From Alphaproteobacteria bacterium (GTDB lineage Bacteria; Pseudomonadota; Alphaproteobacteria; SP197), in contig OZ219747.1 in the NCBI GenBank assembly GCA_964291265.2, forward strand, positions 288,001 through 352,000: a stretch of 64,000 nt of DNA, read 5' to 3'. Below, in pieces: positions 9,765 through 19,985 of this stretch (positions are counted from its first letter, which is position 1; each line of letters opens with the position of its first letter). The notes beneath the pieces were generated by a model, which ran no database searches, was not told the origin of the DNA, and saw only the letters and a list, made by a program, of their open reading frames with translations. Position numbers and translations under genes: made by a program.

Positions 9765-12111
9765 CTTTCAAAGGGTCGGACTTGTATAGGTGATTCGTTT
9801 CGTGCATGCTGCGGGCATGCAGGTTGGTCTCCGCCATTTCGATTCGCAGACGCTTGACTGGTTTGCCGGCGCGTTGCGCTCCGCCGACGCCACCCGTCAC
9901 GGTCTGGCACGCGAGCTTTGCGAGCGCACCGGTTGGCGCAACGCGCTCGGCCGTCCGTGCCTGTCGGCGGCGGCGAAGGTGCTGCCGGCGCTCGCCGAGC
10001 GCGTGGGGTTGGAGCTTCCGCCGCCGCGGAGCGTGCCTGATCCGACCGTCGTGCCCGCCGTCCCGGCCGGTGACGTCCCCGACACCAAGCTGGTCTGCCT
10101 GCTGGAGGATCTCGGCCCGGTCTCGCTCGAACCGGTGGGCGAGGCCGACGATCGCCGGCTGTGGGAGGCGATGATGGCGACGCACCACCCGCTGGGATGG
10201 ACGCGCTCGCCCGGCGGCCAGGTGCGCTACTGGATCCGCTCGCAACGCCACGGCACCCTCGGCGGGATCGGCTTCGGGTCCGCGACCTGGCAGTTGCGGG
10301 CGCGGGATGAGTGGATCGCATGGTCCGCCGACGCCCGTGCCGCCAACATCGAGCGTGTGATCTGCGGTCATCGGTTTCTCCTGCTTCCCGGCGTTCGGGT
10401 CTACGGACTGGCCTCCCGGGTCCTGCGCATGGCGGCGGAGCGCATCGCCGACGATTGGGAGGCTCGCTATGCGGTGCGCCCGGTGGCGGCCTACACTCAT
10501 GTCGGTGCGGAGCACAGCGGCTATTGCTACCACTGCGCCGGCTGGACCGTGGCCGGGCGGACCAGCGGGCGCCGGGGCAAGGCCGGCACGGTGCGGGTCC
10601 TGGCCCTGGAGAGCGGCTGGCGGACGGTGCTCCACGGGACACAGCGCCGTCCACTCGGCGCCCTGGCGGGCGTCTATGACGGCACTGACGCGGACTGGGC
10701 GGAGCGGGAGTACGGGCGCACGCGCCATACCGACGGTCGGGTGCGGCGACGCATCGTTGACATGGGCCGGGCCTGGATGAAGAACATGGGGGAGGACCTG
10801 CCGATCATCTTTCCCGAGAAGGCGGAGCAGAAGGCCGCTTATCGGTTGCTGTCGAACCCGAGGGTCTCCATGGAGCACGTTCTGGAAGCGCATGTTGAGG
10901 CGACCGTGGAGCGTTGTCGGACAGAGCCTCTTGTCCTTGCGATACAGGACACGACGGCGATCAACTACAGCGGCCTGGAGGCCACGAAGGGTCTGGACAA
11001 GCTCGGCGGCGGCGGCAAGGGGAGCGTCGGCATCCTCGCCCACGCCGGTCTGGCGGTGACGTCGGAGGGCCGGCCGCTGGGCCTGTTCACGATGGATGCG
11101 GCCTTTCGGCAGGAGCCCGGGGAGGACAGTCAGCGCTGGGTCACCGGGCTTGAGCGGGCCCGGGAGCTCGCGGCGGCCTGCCCGGACACGCGTGTCGTCT
11201 CGGTCTGCGACCGCGAGGGCGACTTCTGGGAACTGCTCGCCCATGCCGCGGACGCCGGAGCCGCGCTGCTGGTGCGTGCGAGCCGTTCGGCGAAACAGCG
11301 CGTGGGTGAGCCCGACGGCAAAAAGACGTGCCTGTGGAAGCATGTCGCGGCCCGGCCGCTGGTCGCGGTGACGGAGCTGACGATCCCGGCCGCTGGCGGC
11401 CCGCGCGCCCGCAAGGAGCGCGTCGCCCGTCTCGAGATCCGCACGGCACAGGTCGAGGTGGCGCCGCCGCAAAAAGAGCGCGACGCGGAGCCTGTGTCCA
11501 TGTTCGCGGTCTCGGCCAGCGAGGCCGGAACCGGTGACGGCGACGAGGCCCTGCACTGGCTGCTGCTGACCACCGAGCGCCCGGCACCAGGGGAGGCCGA
11601 GGCCGTGCACGCGGCGACCGTCCTGGGCTGGTACCGGACGCGATGGAGCATCGAGACCTGGTTCCGCACGCTGAAGACCGGGACCCGGATCAAGGACCGC
11701 CGGCTCGACAGGGCCGACGACCTGAAGACGTGCCTTGCCTTCGACGCCGTCACCGCCGTCCATGTTGCCGACCTGACCGTGCTTGCGCGCGAGCGTCCCT
11801 TGACCCCGGCGAGCGAGGTGTTTGCCGAGGAGGACATCGACCTGCTCCGCACGCTGCTGGAATCCCAGGGTCACCGGGAGGTCCGGGCGATGGGCGATGT
11901 CCGTGCCGTCGTCATCGGCCTTGGGCGCCTTGTCGGGTGGCATCCCACGCCGCGCCAGACGCTCCCGGGAGCGAAGAAGCTCTGGCAGGGTCTCGAAAGG
12001 CTGAACTGGGCGATCCAGGTGCGTGACGCACTTGGCGCAAGAAGGCGGCGCGAAGCACTCGGTGAGAGAAGGCGGGAGTAACATCCCTATACACGCGTGG
12101 GTGGTTGAAAG
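9765..12111 (+). mobile_element. IS4-family (IS50/Tn5-like) element, 2347 bp
   Basis: Imperfect TIRs CTTTCAA...TGTATAGG at both ends; 9-bp TSD GTGCGGGAC at 9756-9764 and 12112-12120. Confidence 0.92.
9790..12081 (+). CDS. DUF4338 (DruA-like) domain fused to IS4/Tn5-type DDE transposase
   Basis: N-terminal HHPLG, LRARDEWIAW, RFLLLP, LASRVL, GYCYHCAGW; C-terminal DWAEREYG, QDTT, DREGD, YRTRWSIETWFRTLK (YREK). Start may be ATG 9817. Confidence 0.85.
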   Translation: MIRFVHAAGMQVGLRHFDSQTLDWFAGALRSADATRHGLARELCERTGWRNALGRPCLSAAAKVLPALAERVGLELPPPRSVPDPTVVPAVPAGDVPDTKLVCLLEDLGPVSLEPVGEADDRRLWEAMMATHHPLGWTRSPGGQVRYWIRSQRHGTLGGIGFGSATWQLRARDEWIAWSADARAANIERVICGHRFLLLPGVRVYGLASRVLRMAAERIADDWEARYAVRPVAAYTHVGAEHSGYCYHCAGWTVAGRTSGRRGKAGTVRVLALESGWRTVLHGTQRRPLGALAGVYDGTDADWAEREYGRTRHTDGRVRRRIVDMGRAWMKNMGEDLPIIFPEKAEQKAAYRLLSNPRVSMEHVLEAHVEATVERCRTEPLVLAIQDTTAINYSGLEATKGLDKLGGGGKGSVGILAHAGLAVTSEGRPLGLFTMDAAFRQEPGEDSQRWVTGLERARELAAACPDTRVVSVCDREGDFWELLAHAADAGAALLVRASRSAKQRVGEPDGKKTCLWKHVAARPLVAVTELTIPAAGGPRARKERVARLEIRTAQVEVAPPQKERDAEPVSMFAVSASEAGTGDGDEALHWLLLTTERPAPGEAEAVHAATVLGWYRTRWSIETWFRTLKTGTRIKDRRLDRADDLKTCLAFDAVTAVHVADLTVLARERPLTPASEVFAEEDIDLLRTLLESQGHREVRAMGDVRAVVIGLGRLVGWHPTPRQTLPGAKKLWQGLERLNWAIQVRDALGARRRREALGERRRE

Positions 12112-12761
12112 GTGCGGGACGCCTTCGCCCGGGAGAGGGAGCACCTGATCGTCCTTCCCGTCGACCCCTTCCCGCATCACGAGGTCCGCCCGGTGCGCAT
12201 CGACAAGACCTGCCACGCCCGCTTCGACACCAACGACTACAGCGTTCCGGGTAGCTTCTCCAAGGCCCTGCTGACGCTGGTCGCCGACCGCGACGAGGTT
12301 CGCATCCTCGACGGCGCCGACGAGGTCGCGCGCCACCGACGCTCCTACGACAGGAAGCAGGCCGTCACCGATCCGGAGCATGCCAGGGCGATCGCCGCGG
12401 GCAAGCGGCGGGCCCGCTCCATGAGCGTCCGCGACCGGGTCCTGCGCACCGTGCCGCGGGCCGAGGAGATGCTGGCGCGCGCCGGGACCAACGGGCGCAA
12501 CGTGGCCTCCTGCGCCCGGATGCTGGAGACGCTTCTCAACGCGCACGGCGCCGACGCTCTCGACCGGGCTGTCGCCACGGCGCTGGAGCGCGGCTCGTGC
12601 CACCCCGAAACCGTGCGCGTCATCATCGAGGAGCGCCGCCGGGAGCAGGGCCTGCCGCCCCTCAGCATCGCCGACGACGGCCGCGGCGGCCGTGGCACGA
12701 CGCCGCGGGGGACCGCTCTCGACGCCTACGACAGGCCCGAAGCCAGCGCCAGGAACAAGAC

Positions 12762-13463
12762 ATGAGCGAGCTCAGGGAGCGTGCCCGGGCGCTCGGCCTC
12801 CACGGGCTCGTCGAACGCTGGGACGAGGTCGCCGGGACCGCATGGATCGAGGAGGTGGTCAGCGGCGAGGAACAGGCCCGCAGGGCCCGCAGCCACGAGC
12901 GCCGCCGCGCCGCGGCGCGGCTGCCCGCCTTCAAGCCCCTGGCGGACTTCGACTGGACATGGCCGCGCGACATCAGCCGGGCTCATGTCGAAGCGCTCCT
13001 CGGCCTCGGCTTCGTCGACCGTGCGGACAACGCCGTGCTCGTCGGCGGGCAGGGCACCGGAAAGACCATGATCGCCGCCAACGTGGCGCACCAGGCCCTG
13101 CTGCACGGCCACACCGTCCGCTTCGAGAAGGCGCCGGAACTGCTCGAGGCACTCGCCGAGACCGTCTCGCGCAGCGAGCTGCGCCGCCGCCTCGCGATCC
13201 TCGCCAGGCCCCGCCTGCTCGTCCTCGACGAAATCGGCTACGTGACCCTCGAAAGCCACCATGCCGACATCCTCTACGCCATCGTCTCGCGGCGCTATCA
13301 GCGCCGCTCGACCATGGTCACGACAAGCCTCGCCTTCGCCCAGTGGGACCGCGTCTTCCCCAGCGCCTCCGGCATCGCCGGCACCGTCGACCGGCTCATG
13401 CACGACGCAACCCTCATCTCCATCGACAGCGACTCCTGGCGGCTCAGGCGTGAAACCCGATAA
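12762..13463 (+). CDS. istB: IS21 helper ATPase IstB
   Basis: Walker A GGQGTGKT, Walker B LLVLDEIG, VDRLMH. Confidence 0.95.
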   Translation: MSELRERARALGLHGLVERWDEVAGTAWIEEVVSGEEQARRARSHERRRAAARLPAFKPLADFDWTWPRDISRAHVEALLGLGFVDRADNAVLVGGQGTGKTMIAANVAHQALLHGHTVRFEKAPELLEALAETVSRSELRRRLAILARPRLLVLDEIGYVTLESHHADILYAIVSRRYQRRSTMVTTSLAFAQWDRVFPSASGIAGTVDRLMHDATLISIDSDSWRLRRETR

Positions 13464-13991
13464 ACCCCGCCGCGTCGACTTCGACGCCGTCAAGCGCATG
13501 CCGTTCGAACGCATCGCCGCCGACTGGGGATACGTCCGCGACGAACAGGCCTCGACACGCGCCAACCCCGTCCTGTGCGCACCCGGCCTGCCGAAGCTCG
13601 TCACGAAGTGCCTCAACTGTCGGCGGCGATTTAGAACGGCGGGATATTGGCGGAGAACCGCTCTTTTGGGCGCTGATCGTGTGAGTGGGTGACCACGACA
13701 GGAGAACGTGCGGCATTGGACGAAGGTCCGCCCGGTCTTTGTTTTCTGCCTATTGTTGGATCCCATTGGTCTTGCATTGACGTTGACGATGTCGTTCCGG
13801 TCGGCGTTTTCTGGCGTTCGGCGTTTGTGGAACGTGATGTGGGAGGGGAGCTTCAGGCTTTTGCGCGTGGTTTCGTTCTGGCGTTCTCCGTCCTCGTCGT
13901 GGTTCGTCGGGCGGGACGATCTCGAGGCTGGAGAGCTGACGGTTTCTGTTGCGCTGGGCGAAGAGGCTGCGTGCGTTGCGGTTGCGGCGGC

Positions 13992-14713
13992 GCAGGGTGC
14001 GGCAGGCGTCGAGTGTTTTCGGGCGGATGCTGCGACCTGTGAGCCAGTCCGGCGGCGGATCGGGCGTTGCTGCGGCTCAGCGGCTGCGGCAGTCTCGTGA
14101 TGTGGTGTCGTTTGGACGGCCCGGGGGTTTCCCGGGGAGGCTGAGAGGCGCGTCGGGGTGAGACGTTCTCATTCCTGGATGGTAACGCGTGACCGCGTTC
14201 AAGGGTCTTGCGAGATTACGTGTCCCTTCCGTAGCCGCGTGGCGGTTCGATGTCCTCGAGAGCCTCGATGTCGGCATCGGCGACGATCTGCAGGCGTTCT
14301 CCGTAAGGCGTGTCACGGAGGGTTTCGGGGATGCTGTCGAGGCGGTCACGCCATTCGTCCTGCAGGGTGCGGCAGGCGTTGAGTGTTTTCGGGCGGATGC
14401 TGCGACCTGTAAGCCAGTCCGGCCAGCGGCTGCGGCAGTCTCGTGATGCGGTGTCGTTTGGACGGCCCGGGGGTTTCCCGGGGAGGCTGAGAAGCGCGTC
14501 GGGGTGAGACGTTCTCATTCCTGGATGGTAACGCGTGACCGCGTTCAAGGGTCTTGCGGGATCACGTATCCCTTCCGTAGCCGCGTGGCGGTTCGATGTC
14601 CTCGAGGGCCTCGATGTCGGCATCGGCGACGCTCTGCAGGCGTTCTCCGTAAGGCGTGTCACGGAGGCTTTCGGGGATGCTGTCGAGGTGGTCACGCCAT
14701 TCGTCCTGCAGGG
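13992..14713 (-). repeat. Imperfect tandem duplication (period about 346 bp), inner copy
   Basis: Mirror image of 19834-20555. Confidence 0.85.
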
Positions 14714-14852
14714 CGCGCAGTTCGGCCACGGCGTCGTTCCAGCGTTGCGGTCGCGAGCGCCGGTCACGGTGCTTTGGGGTGTGGACGGGAGGGATGCCGG
14801 CCTTGCGCCGTTCCCGGTATCGCCGCTGCTTTTCGGCGGGCGTGAGGGGCAT
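14562..14852 (-). CDS. Small basic hypothetical protein (MPLTPAEKQRRYRERR...PPRGYGRDT)
   Basis: AGGAG RBS; N-terminal AEKQRRYR helix; present in both copies. Confidence 0.7.
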   Translation of the reverse strand: MPLTPAEKQRRYRERRKAGIPPVHTPKHRDRRSRPQRWNDAVAELRALQDEWRDHLDSIPESLRDTPYGERLQSVADADIEALEDIEPPRGYGRDT

Positions 14853-14878
14853 GAGTGGTCTCCTTGTGACGGACGTGG

Positions 14879-15772
14879 TCATGATCTCGCTTGTGGTTCT
14901 TTGGTCCTGGCGTTGACGACGTCGTTCCAGTCGGCGTTTTCCGGCGGTCTGCGTCTGTGGAACGAGACGTGGGAGGGGAGCTTCATCTTTTTGCGCAGGG
15001 TTTCGGCCTGTCGCTCTCCGGCCTCGTCGTGGTCCTGGGCGAGGACGATGGTCCTGACGTTGGGCAGGCTGCTTGCGGCGAGGCTGATCTGTTCGTGCTG
15101 TCTTCGCGAGGGTGCCCCGGCGGTGGAGAGGAAGGCGTGGCTGGGGGGACATTGGTCGATCTGGGCCAGGCTGAGGGCGTCGACGGCGCTTTCGGTGATG
15201 ACGAGGGCCTCGAGGTCCGCGGCGGTTCCGGCGCGGACGGCGAACAGGCTTCGGGTTCCACCGGTGGCGAAGCGTTTCGGTCCGTCGGGGGGACCGATCT
15301 CGAAGCCGGTGAGCTTTCGCTTCCTGTTGCGATGGGCGAAGAGGACGCGTCCGTTGTGGTCGCGGCGGACCAGGGGGCGGCAGGTGTCGAGGGTCTCCGG
15401 GAGGATGCCGCGCCCGGTGAGCCAGTCCGGGGCCGCATCGGGCGTTGCCGCGGCCCAGAGGCTGCGGAAGTCGCGTGGCGCGGCGTCGGGTGCTGCGAAG
15501 CGGGTGCAGATGTCGGCGAAGGCCAGTCCGCGGTTGAGCATGAAGTCGATGACGGTTCCGTTGTCTTCATCGTTCTGGGTGTTGAAGTAGACCCAGTGTC
15601 CGTTGTTGAGGCACTTCGTGACGAGCTTCGGCAGGCCGGGTGCGCACAGGACGGGGTTGGCGCGTGTCGAGGCCTGTTCGTCGCGGACGTATCCCCAGTC
15701 GGCGGCGATGCGTTCGAACGGCATGCGCTTGACGGCGTCGAAGTCGACGCGGCGGGGTTTATCGGGTTTCAC
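14879..15772 (-). CDS. DUF3991/TOPRIM primase-like protein (intact)
   Basis: GHWVYF..DNGTVIDF, WLTGRGI, TOPRIM ITESAVDALS and DHDEAG, terminal DWND; GTG start overlaps the istB end. Confidence 0.8.
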   Translation of the reverse strand: MKPDKPRRVDFDAVKRMPFERIAADWGYVRDEQASTRANPVLCAPGLPKLVTKCLNNGHWVYFNTQNDEDNGTVIDFMLNRGLAFADICTRFAAPDAAPRDFRSLWAAATPDAAPDWLTGRGILPETLDTCRPLVRRDHNGRVLFAHRNRKRKLTGFEIGPPDGPKRFATGGTRSLFAVRAGTAADLEALVITESAVDALSLAQIDQCPPSHAFLSTAGAPSRRQHEQISLAASSLPNVRTIVLAQDHDEAGERQAETLRKKMKLPSHVSFHRRRPPENADWNDVVNARTKEPQARS

Positions 15773-16460
15773 GCCTGAGCCGCCAGGAGTCGCTGTCGAT
15801 GGAGATGAGGGTTGCGTCGTGCATGAGCCGGTCGACGGTGCCGGCGATGCCGGAGGCGCTGGGGAAGACGCGGTCCCACTGGGCGAAGGCGAGGCTTGTC
15901 GTGACCATGGTCGAGCGGCGCTGATAGCGCCGCGAGACGATGGCGTAGAGGATGTCGGCATGGTGGCTTTCGAGGGTCACGTAGCCGATTTCGTCGAGGA
16001 TGAGCAGGCGGGGCCTGGCGAGGATCGCGAGGCGGCGGCGCAGCTCGCTGCGCGAGGCGGTCTCGGCGAGTGCCTCGAGCAGTTCCGGCGCCTTCTCGAA
16101 GCGGACGGTGTGGCCGTGCAGCAGGGCCTGGTGCGCCACGTTGGCGGCGATCATGGTCTTTCCGGTGCCCTGCCCGCCGACGAGCACGGCGTTGTCCGCA
16201 CGGTCGACGAAGCCGAGGCCGAGGAGCGCTTCGACATGAGCCCGGCTGATGTCGCGCGGCCATGTCCAGTCGAAGTCCGCCAGGGGCTTGAAGGCGGGCA
16301 GTCGCGCCGCGGCGCGGCGGCGCTCGTGGCTGCGGGCCCTGCGGGCCTGTTCCTCGCCGCTGACCACCTCCTCGATCCATGCGGTCCCGGCGACCTCGTC
16401 CCAGCGTTCGACGAGCCCGTGGAGGCCGAGCGCCCGGGCACGCTCCCTGAGCTCGCTCAT
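15759..16460 (-). CDS. istB: IS21 helper ATPase IstB (inner copy)
   Basis: Walker A/B; near-identical to 12762-13463. Confidence 0.95.
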   Translation of the reverse strand: MSELRERARALGLHGLVERWDEVAGTAWIEEVVSGEEQARRARSHERRRAAARLPAFKPLADFDWTWPRDISRAHVEALLGLGFVDRADNAVLVGGQGTGKTMIAANVAHQALLHGHTVRFEKAPELLEALAETASRSELRRRLAILARPRLLILDEIGYVTLESHHADILYAIVSRRYQRRSTMVTTSLAFAQWDRVFPSASGIAGTVDRLMHDATLISIDSDSWRLRRETR

Positions 16461-17950
16461 GTCTTGTTCCTGGCGCTGGCTTCGGGCCTGTCGTAGGCGT
16501 CGAGAGCGGTCCCCCGCGGCGTCGTGCCACGGCCGCCGCGGCCGTCGTCGGCGATGCTGAGGGGCGGCAGGCCCTGCTCCCGGCGGCGCTCCTCGATGAT
16601 GACGCGCACGGTTTCGGGGTGGCACGAGCCGCGCTCCAGCGCCGTGGCGACAGCCCGGTCGAGAGCGTCGGCGCCGTGCGCGTTGAGAAGCGTCTCCAGC
16701 ATCCGGGCGCAGGAGGCCACGTTGCGCCCGTTGGTCCCGGCGCGCGCCAGCATCTCCTCGGCCCGCGGCACGGTGCGCAGGACCCGGTCGCGGACGCTCA
16801 TGGAGCGGGCCCGCCGCTTGCCCGCGGCGATCGCCCTGGCATGCTCCGGATCGGTGACGACCTGCTTCCTGTTGTAGGAGCGTCGGTGGCGCGCGACCTC
16901 GTCGGCGCCGTCGAGGATGCGAACCTCGTCGCGGTCGGCGACCAGCGTCAGCAGGGCCTTGGAGAAGCTACCCGGAACGCTGTAGTCGTTGGTGTCGAAG
17001 CGGGCGTGGCAGGTCTTGTCGATGCGCACCGGGCGGACCTCGTGATGCGGGAAGGGGTCGACGGGAAGGACGATCAGGTGCTCCCTCTCCCGGGCGAAGG
17101 CGTCCCGCACCAGGAGACTGTCGTCGTCCGGCCAGGGCCGCTCCGCGGCGGCGCCGAAGCACCACTCCCGAACTGCGGCGTTGAGCTCGCCGAGCGGGAC
17201 CGTGATGTCGCGCCCGGCGAAGAACCCGGTGCGCGCGAAGCGCACACGGCGTTCCACGCGGCCCTTCTCCTGCGGGCTCCTGGGCCAGGCGGCGCTCGGT
17301 TCGAAGGCATAGTGGGCCGCGAGGCCGAGCAGCATCGGATGATAGGTGACCGCCTTGCCGCGGCGCGTCACCACGGCACTCTTCAGGTTGTCGTACAGAA
17401 GCCTCCGCGGCACACCCCCGAATGCCGCGAAAGCCTCGACATGGCCTTGCAGGAAGCTGGCCATCCGCGCGTCGTGGAACAGGCTCAGGACAGTCTGGCG
17501 CGAGTAGCTGAGGGTGACGAGAAGCCCCATGAGCCTGCGCTCCGCCCGGCCAATGCGGACCTTCCCGAACTCGGCCCAGTCAACCTGCGCCTGCTCGCCC
17601 GGAAGGAAGCTCAGCCGCAGCGACGGCTCGGGCCTCTTCACCGGCCTCAGCCCGAGGCGGCGCAGGTCGTGACGGAAGTGATCCTCGCCGCCGCGGTAGC
17701 CCAGAGCCACGACCTGTCGCCAGAGCGTGCTGGCCGGAAGGTCCGGCGACGCCTCAAGACGCTCCCCGAGGAAGGCAACGAAGGGGTCGATGAGCTTGGC
17801 CCGCGGCCGCCGCTCCTGCCCCGACGCCTTGAGCGCCCGCGTCACCGTGCCGTGGTGCACGCCGAGATGCCGGGCAATCGTCCCCACAGCCCAGCCCTCG
17901 GCCCGCGACAGCCGCACGATCGTCGCCCGCGTGTCCTCGTCGATCGCCAT
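16457..17950 (-). CDS. istA: IS21 transposase IstA (intact)
   Basis: 497 aa, N-terminal HTH and DDE motifs. Confidence 0.95.
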   Translation of the reverse strand: MAIDEDTRATIVRLSRAEGWAVGTIARHLGVHHGTVTRALKASGQERRPRAKLIDPFVAFLGERLEASPDLPASTLWRQVVALGYRGGEDHFRHDLRRLGLRPVKRPEPSLRLSFLPGEQAQVDWAEFGKVRIGRAERRLMGLLVTLSYSRQTVLSLFHDARMASFLQGHVEAFAAFGGVPRRLLYDNLKSAVVTRRGKAVTYHPMLLGLAAHYAFEPSAAWPRSPQEKGRVERRVRFARTGFFAGRDITVPLGELNAAVREWCFGAAAERPWPDDDSLLVRDAFAREREHLIVLPVDPFPHHEVRPVRIDKTCHARFDTNDYSVPGSFSKALLTLVADRDEVRILDGADEVARHRRSYNRKQVVTDPEHARAIAAGKRRARSMSVRDRVLRTVPRAEEMLARAGTNGRNVASCARMLETLLNAHGADALDRAVATALERGSCHPETVRVIIEERRREQGLPPLSIADDGRGGRGTTPRGTALDAYDRPEASARNKT

Positions 17951-17982
17951 GAACTCCCTCCCTTTGGTTCCTCAACGCCGCA

Positions 17983-18513
17983 TCACAGGTCCCTCAGCAC
18001 CACATGCGTCACGACCCGTCCGCACCGGGCGCACCGAAGCGGCGATTCGCGTCGCTCTTGCGCCTTCACAACCGCAGGTAGGGAGGTCGGCAGCAGTCGG
18101 GAAGGGTGGTCCGTAACGATTTCTTCAGAACCGGCGTCTCCAGACACCGCCGGAACGTCGCCAAGCAGCACCACAGCAGACGTCTGCGTGCCCATGATCT
18201 CGGCAACCATCGCCGCCCTGGCCTTCAACGCACGCGCCTCCTCCGCCTTGCGGAGCCGGTAACGCCGCTGGCGGTGACGGCCCGTCTCACGGCCCTTCAG
18301 CGTGCTCTGGTAGCGACGACGCGACGCGCGGCGCCGCTCGATCCGGGACCGCTCCCTGCACTCCTTGGAGCAATACACATGCCCCCGGTCACACGACCGG
18401 CAGAGAACAACCTGCCGCTGACACCGCCTGCAGTTGAACAGTCGTCCTGTCGTGCACACCGTCCGTCTCGAGAGCGGGGGTGGACCCGGACGCAAAATGG
18501 CTCGACAATACAC
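17983..18513 (-). CDS. Cys-rich basic protein upstream of istA (inner copy)
   Basis: Near-identical to 8353-8883 with a few substitutions. Confidence 0.7.
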   Translation of the reverse strand: MYCRAILRPGPPPLSRRTVCTTGRLFNCRRCQRQVVLCRSCDRGHVYCSKECRERSRIERRRASRRRYQSTLKGRETGRHRQRRYRLRKAEEARALKARAAMVAEIMGTQTSAVVLLGDVPAVSGDAGSEEIVTDHPSRLLPTSLPAVVKAQERRESPLRCARCGRVVTHVVLRDL

Positions 18514-19694
18514 GGGAGTTCGGTCCCCCGTGACCGGCTCGTCCGGGTGCTGCGCCGGGGGGCGTCACAACTCCGCCCGGCATCGCATCGCTCTTTCTCT
18601 TGATGCCGATCTAGCATCCACCCGGGGCGGCGGCAAAGACGCCGCCCCGGGACCGGACAACGCGACCCGCCCACAGGGAAGACAAACAATCCCGCGAGTG
18701 CCTCGGAACCGGAACCCTCCCGGCAACCGTCACCAAGACCGAAGCAGAGGTCGACGGAACCCGAACCGGACCAAAACGACAATAGGAAAAGACGGCGGCG
18801 CTCGGGGAGACAACCAGCCGAACACTCAAACCACGACAACAGGACGTGACAATAGGACCTGACAACAGGGAAGAAACACGACCCTGACAAAGCGCGGCAA
18901 ATCGCCGAAATCCCGCCGTTCTATGCAGCCATCAACATCAACAACGGACACTGGGTCTACTTCAACACCCAGAACGATGAAGACAACGGAACCGTCATCG
19001 ACTTCATGCTCAACCGCGGACTGGCCTTCGCCGACATCTGCACCCGCTTCACAGCACCCGACGCCGCGCCACGCGACTTCCGCAGCCTCTGGGCCGCGGC
19101 AACGCCCGATGCGGCCCCGGACTGGCTCACCGGGCGCGGCATCCTCCCGGAGACCCTCGACACCTGCCGCCCCCTGGTCCGCCGCGACCACAACGGACGC
19201 GTCCTCTTCGCCCATCGCAACAGGAAGCGAAAGCTCACCGGCTTCGAGATCGGTCCCCCCGACGGACCGAAACGCTTCGCCACCGGTGGAACCCGAAGCC
19301 TGTTCGCCGTCCGCGCCGGAACCGCCGCGGACCTCGAGGCCCTCGTCATCACCGAAAGCGCCGTCGACGCCCTCAGCCTGGCCCAGATCGACCAATGTCC
19401 CCCCAGCCACGCCTTCCTCTCCACCGCCGGGGCACCCTCGCGAAGACAGCACGAACAGATCAGCCTCGCCGCAAGCAGCCTGCCCAACGTCAGGACCATC
19501 GTCCTCGCCCAGGACCACGACGAGGCCGGAGAGCGACAGGCCGAAACCCTGCGCAAAAAGATGAAGCTCCCCTCCCACGTCTCGTTCCACAGACGCAGAC
19601 CGCCGGAAAACGCCGACTGGAACGACGTCGTCAACGCCAGGACCAAAGAACCACAAGCGAGATCATGACCACGTCCGTCACAAGGAGACCACTC

Positions 19695-19985
19695 ATGCCC
19701 CTCACGCCCGCCGAAAAGCAGCGGCGATACCGGGAACGGCGCAAGGCCGGCATCCCTCCCGTCCACACCCCAAAGCACCGTGACCGGCGCTCGCGACCGC
19801 AACGCTGGAACGACGCCGTGGCCGAACTGCGCGCCCTGCAGGACGAATGGCGTGACCGCCTCGACAGCATCCCCGAAAGCCTCCGTGACACGCCTTACGG
19901 AGAACGCCTGCAGAGCGTCGCCGATGCCGACATCGAGGCCCTCGAGGACATCGAACCGCCACGCGGCTACGGAAGGGATACGTGA
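19695..19985 (+). CDS. Small basic hypothetical protein (outer copy)
   Basis: Copy of 14562-14852. Confidence 0.7.
   Translation: MPLTPAEKQRRYRERRKAGIPPVHTPKHRDRRSRPQRWNDAVAELRALQDEWRDRLDSIPESLRDTPYGERLQSVADADIEALEDIEPPRGYGRDT

Larger units (their letters stand above)
8916..12765 (+). pseudogene. istA: IS21 transposase IstA split by IS4 insertion (8916-9764 plus 12112-12765)
   Basis: QAQVDW, LYDNLKS, KGRVER DDE motifs; halves rejoin to match intact 16457-17950. Confidence 0.95.
13618..18937 (-). mobile_element. IS21-family unit transposon, intact inner copy (5320 bp, inverted)
   Basis: Same terminal sequences as the outer copy; 5-bp TSD TCAAC at 13613-13617 and 18938-18942. Confidence 0.95.
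13450..19668 (+). pseudogene. DUF3991/TOPRIM primase-like gene split by the nested copy (13450-13617 plus 18938-19668)
   Basis: Halves ...VTKCLN and NGHWVYF... rejoin to match intact 14879-15772. Confidence 0.9.

Noticed and set aside
9682-12603. 973-aa minus-strand ORF and other long antisense ORFs (161-1378, 23023-24807, 25537-27126, 59216-61018, 62144-63994)
   Set aside because: Shadow frames of real high-GC genes on the opposite strand, with no motifs
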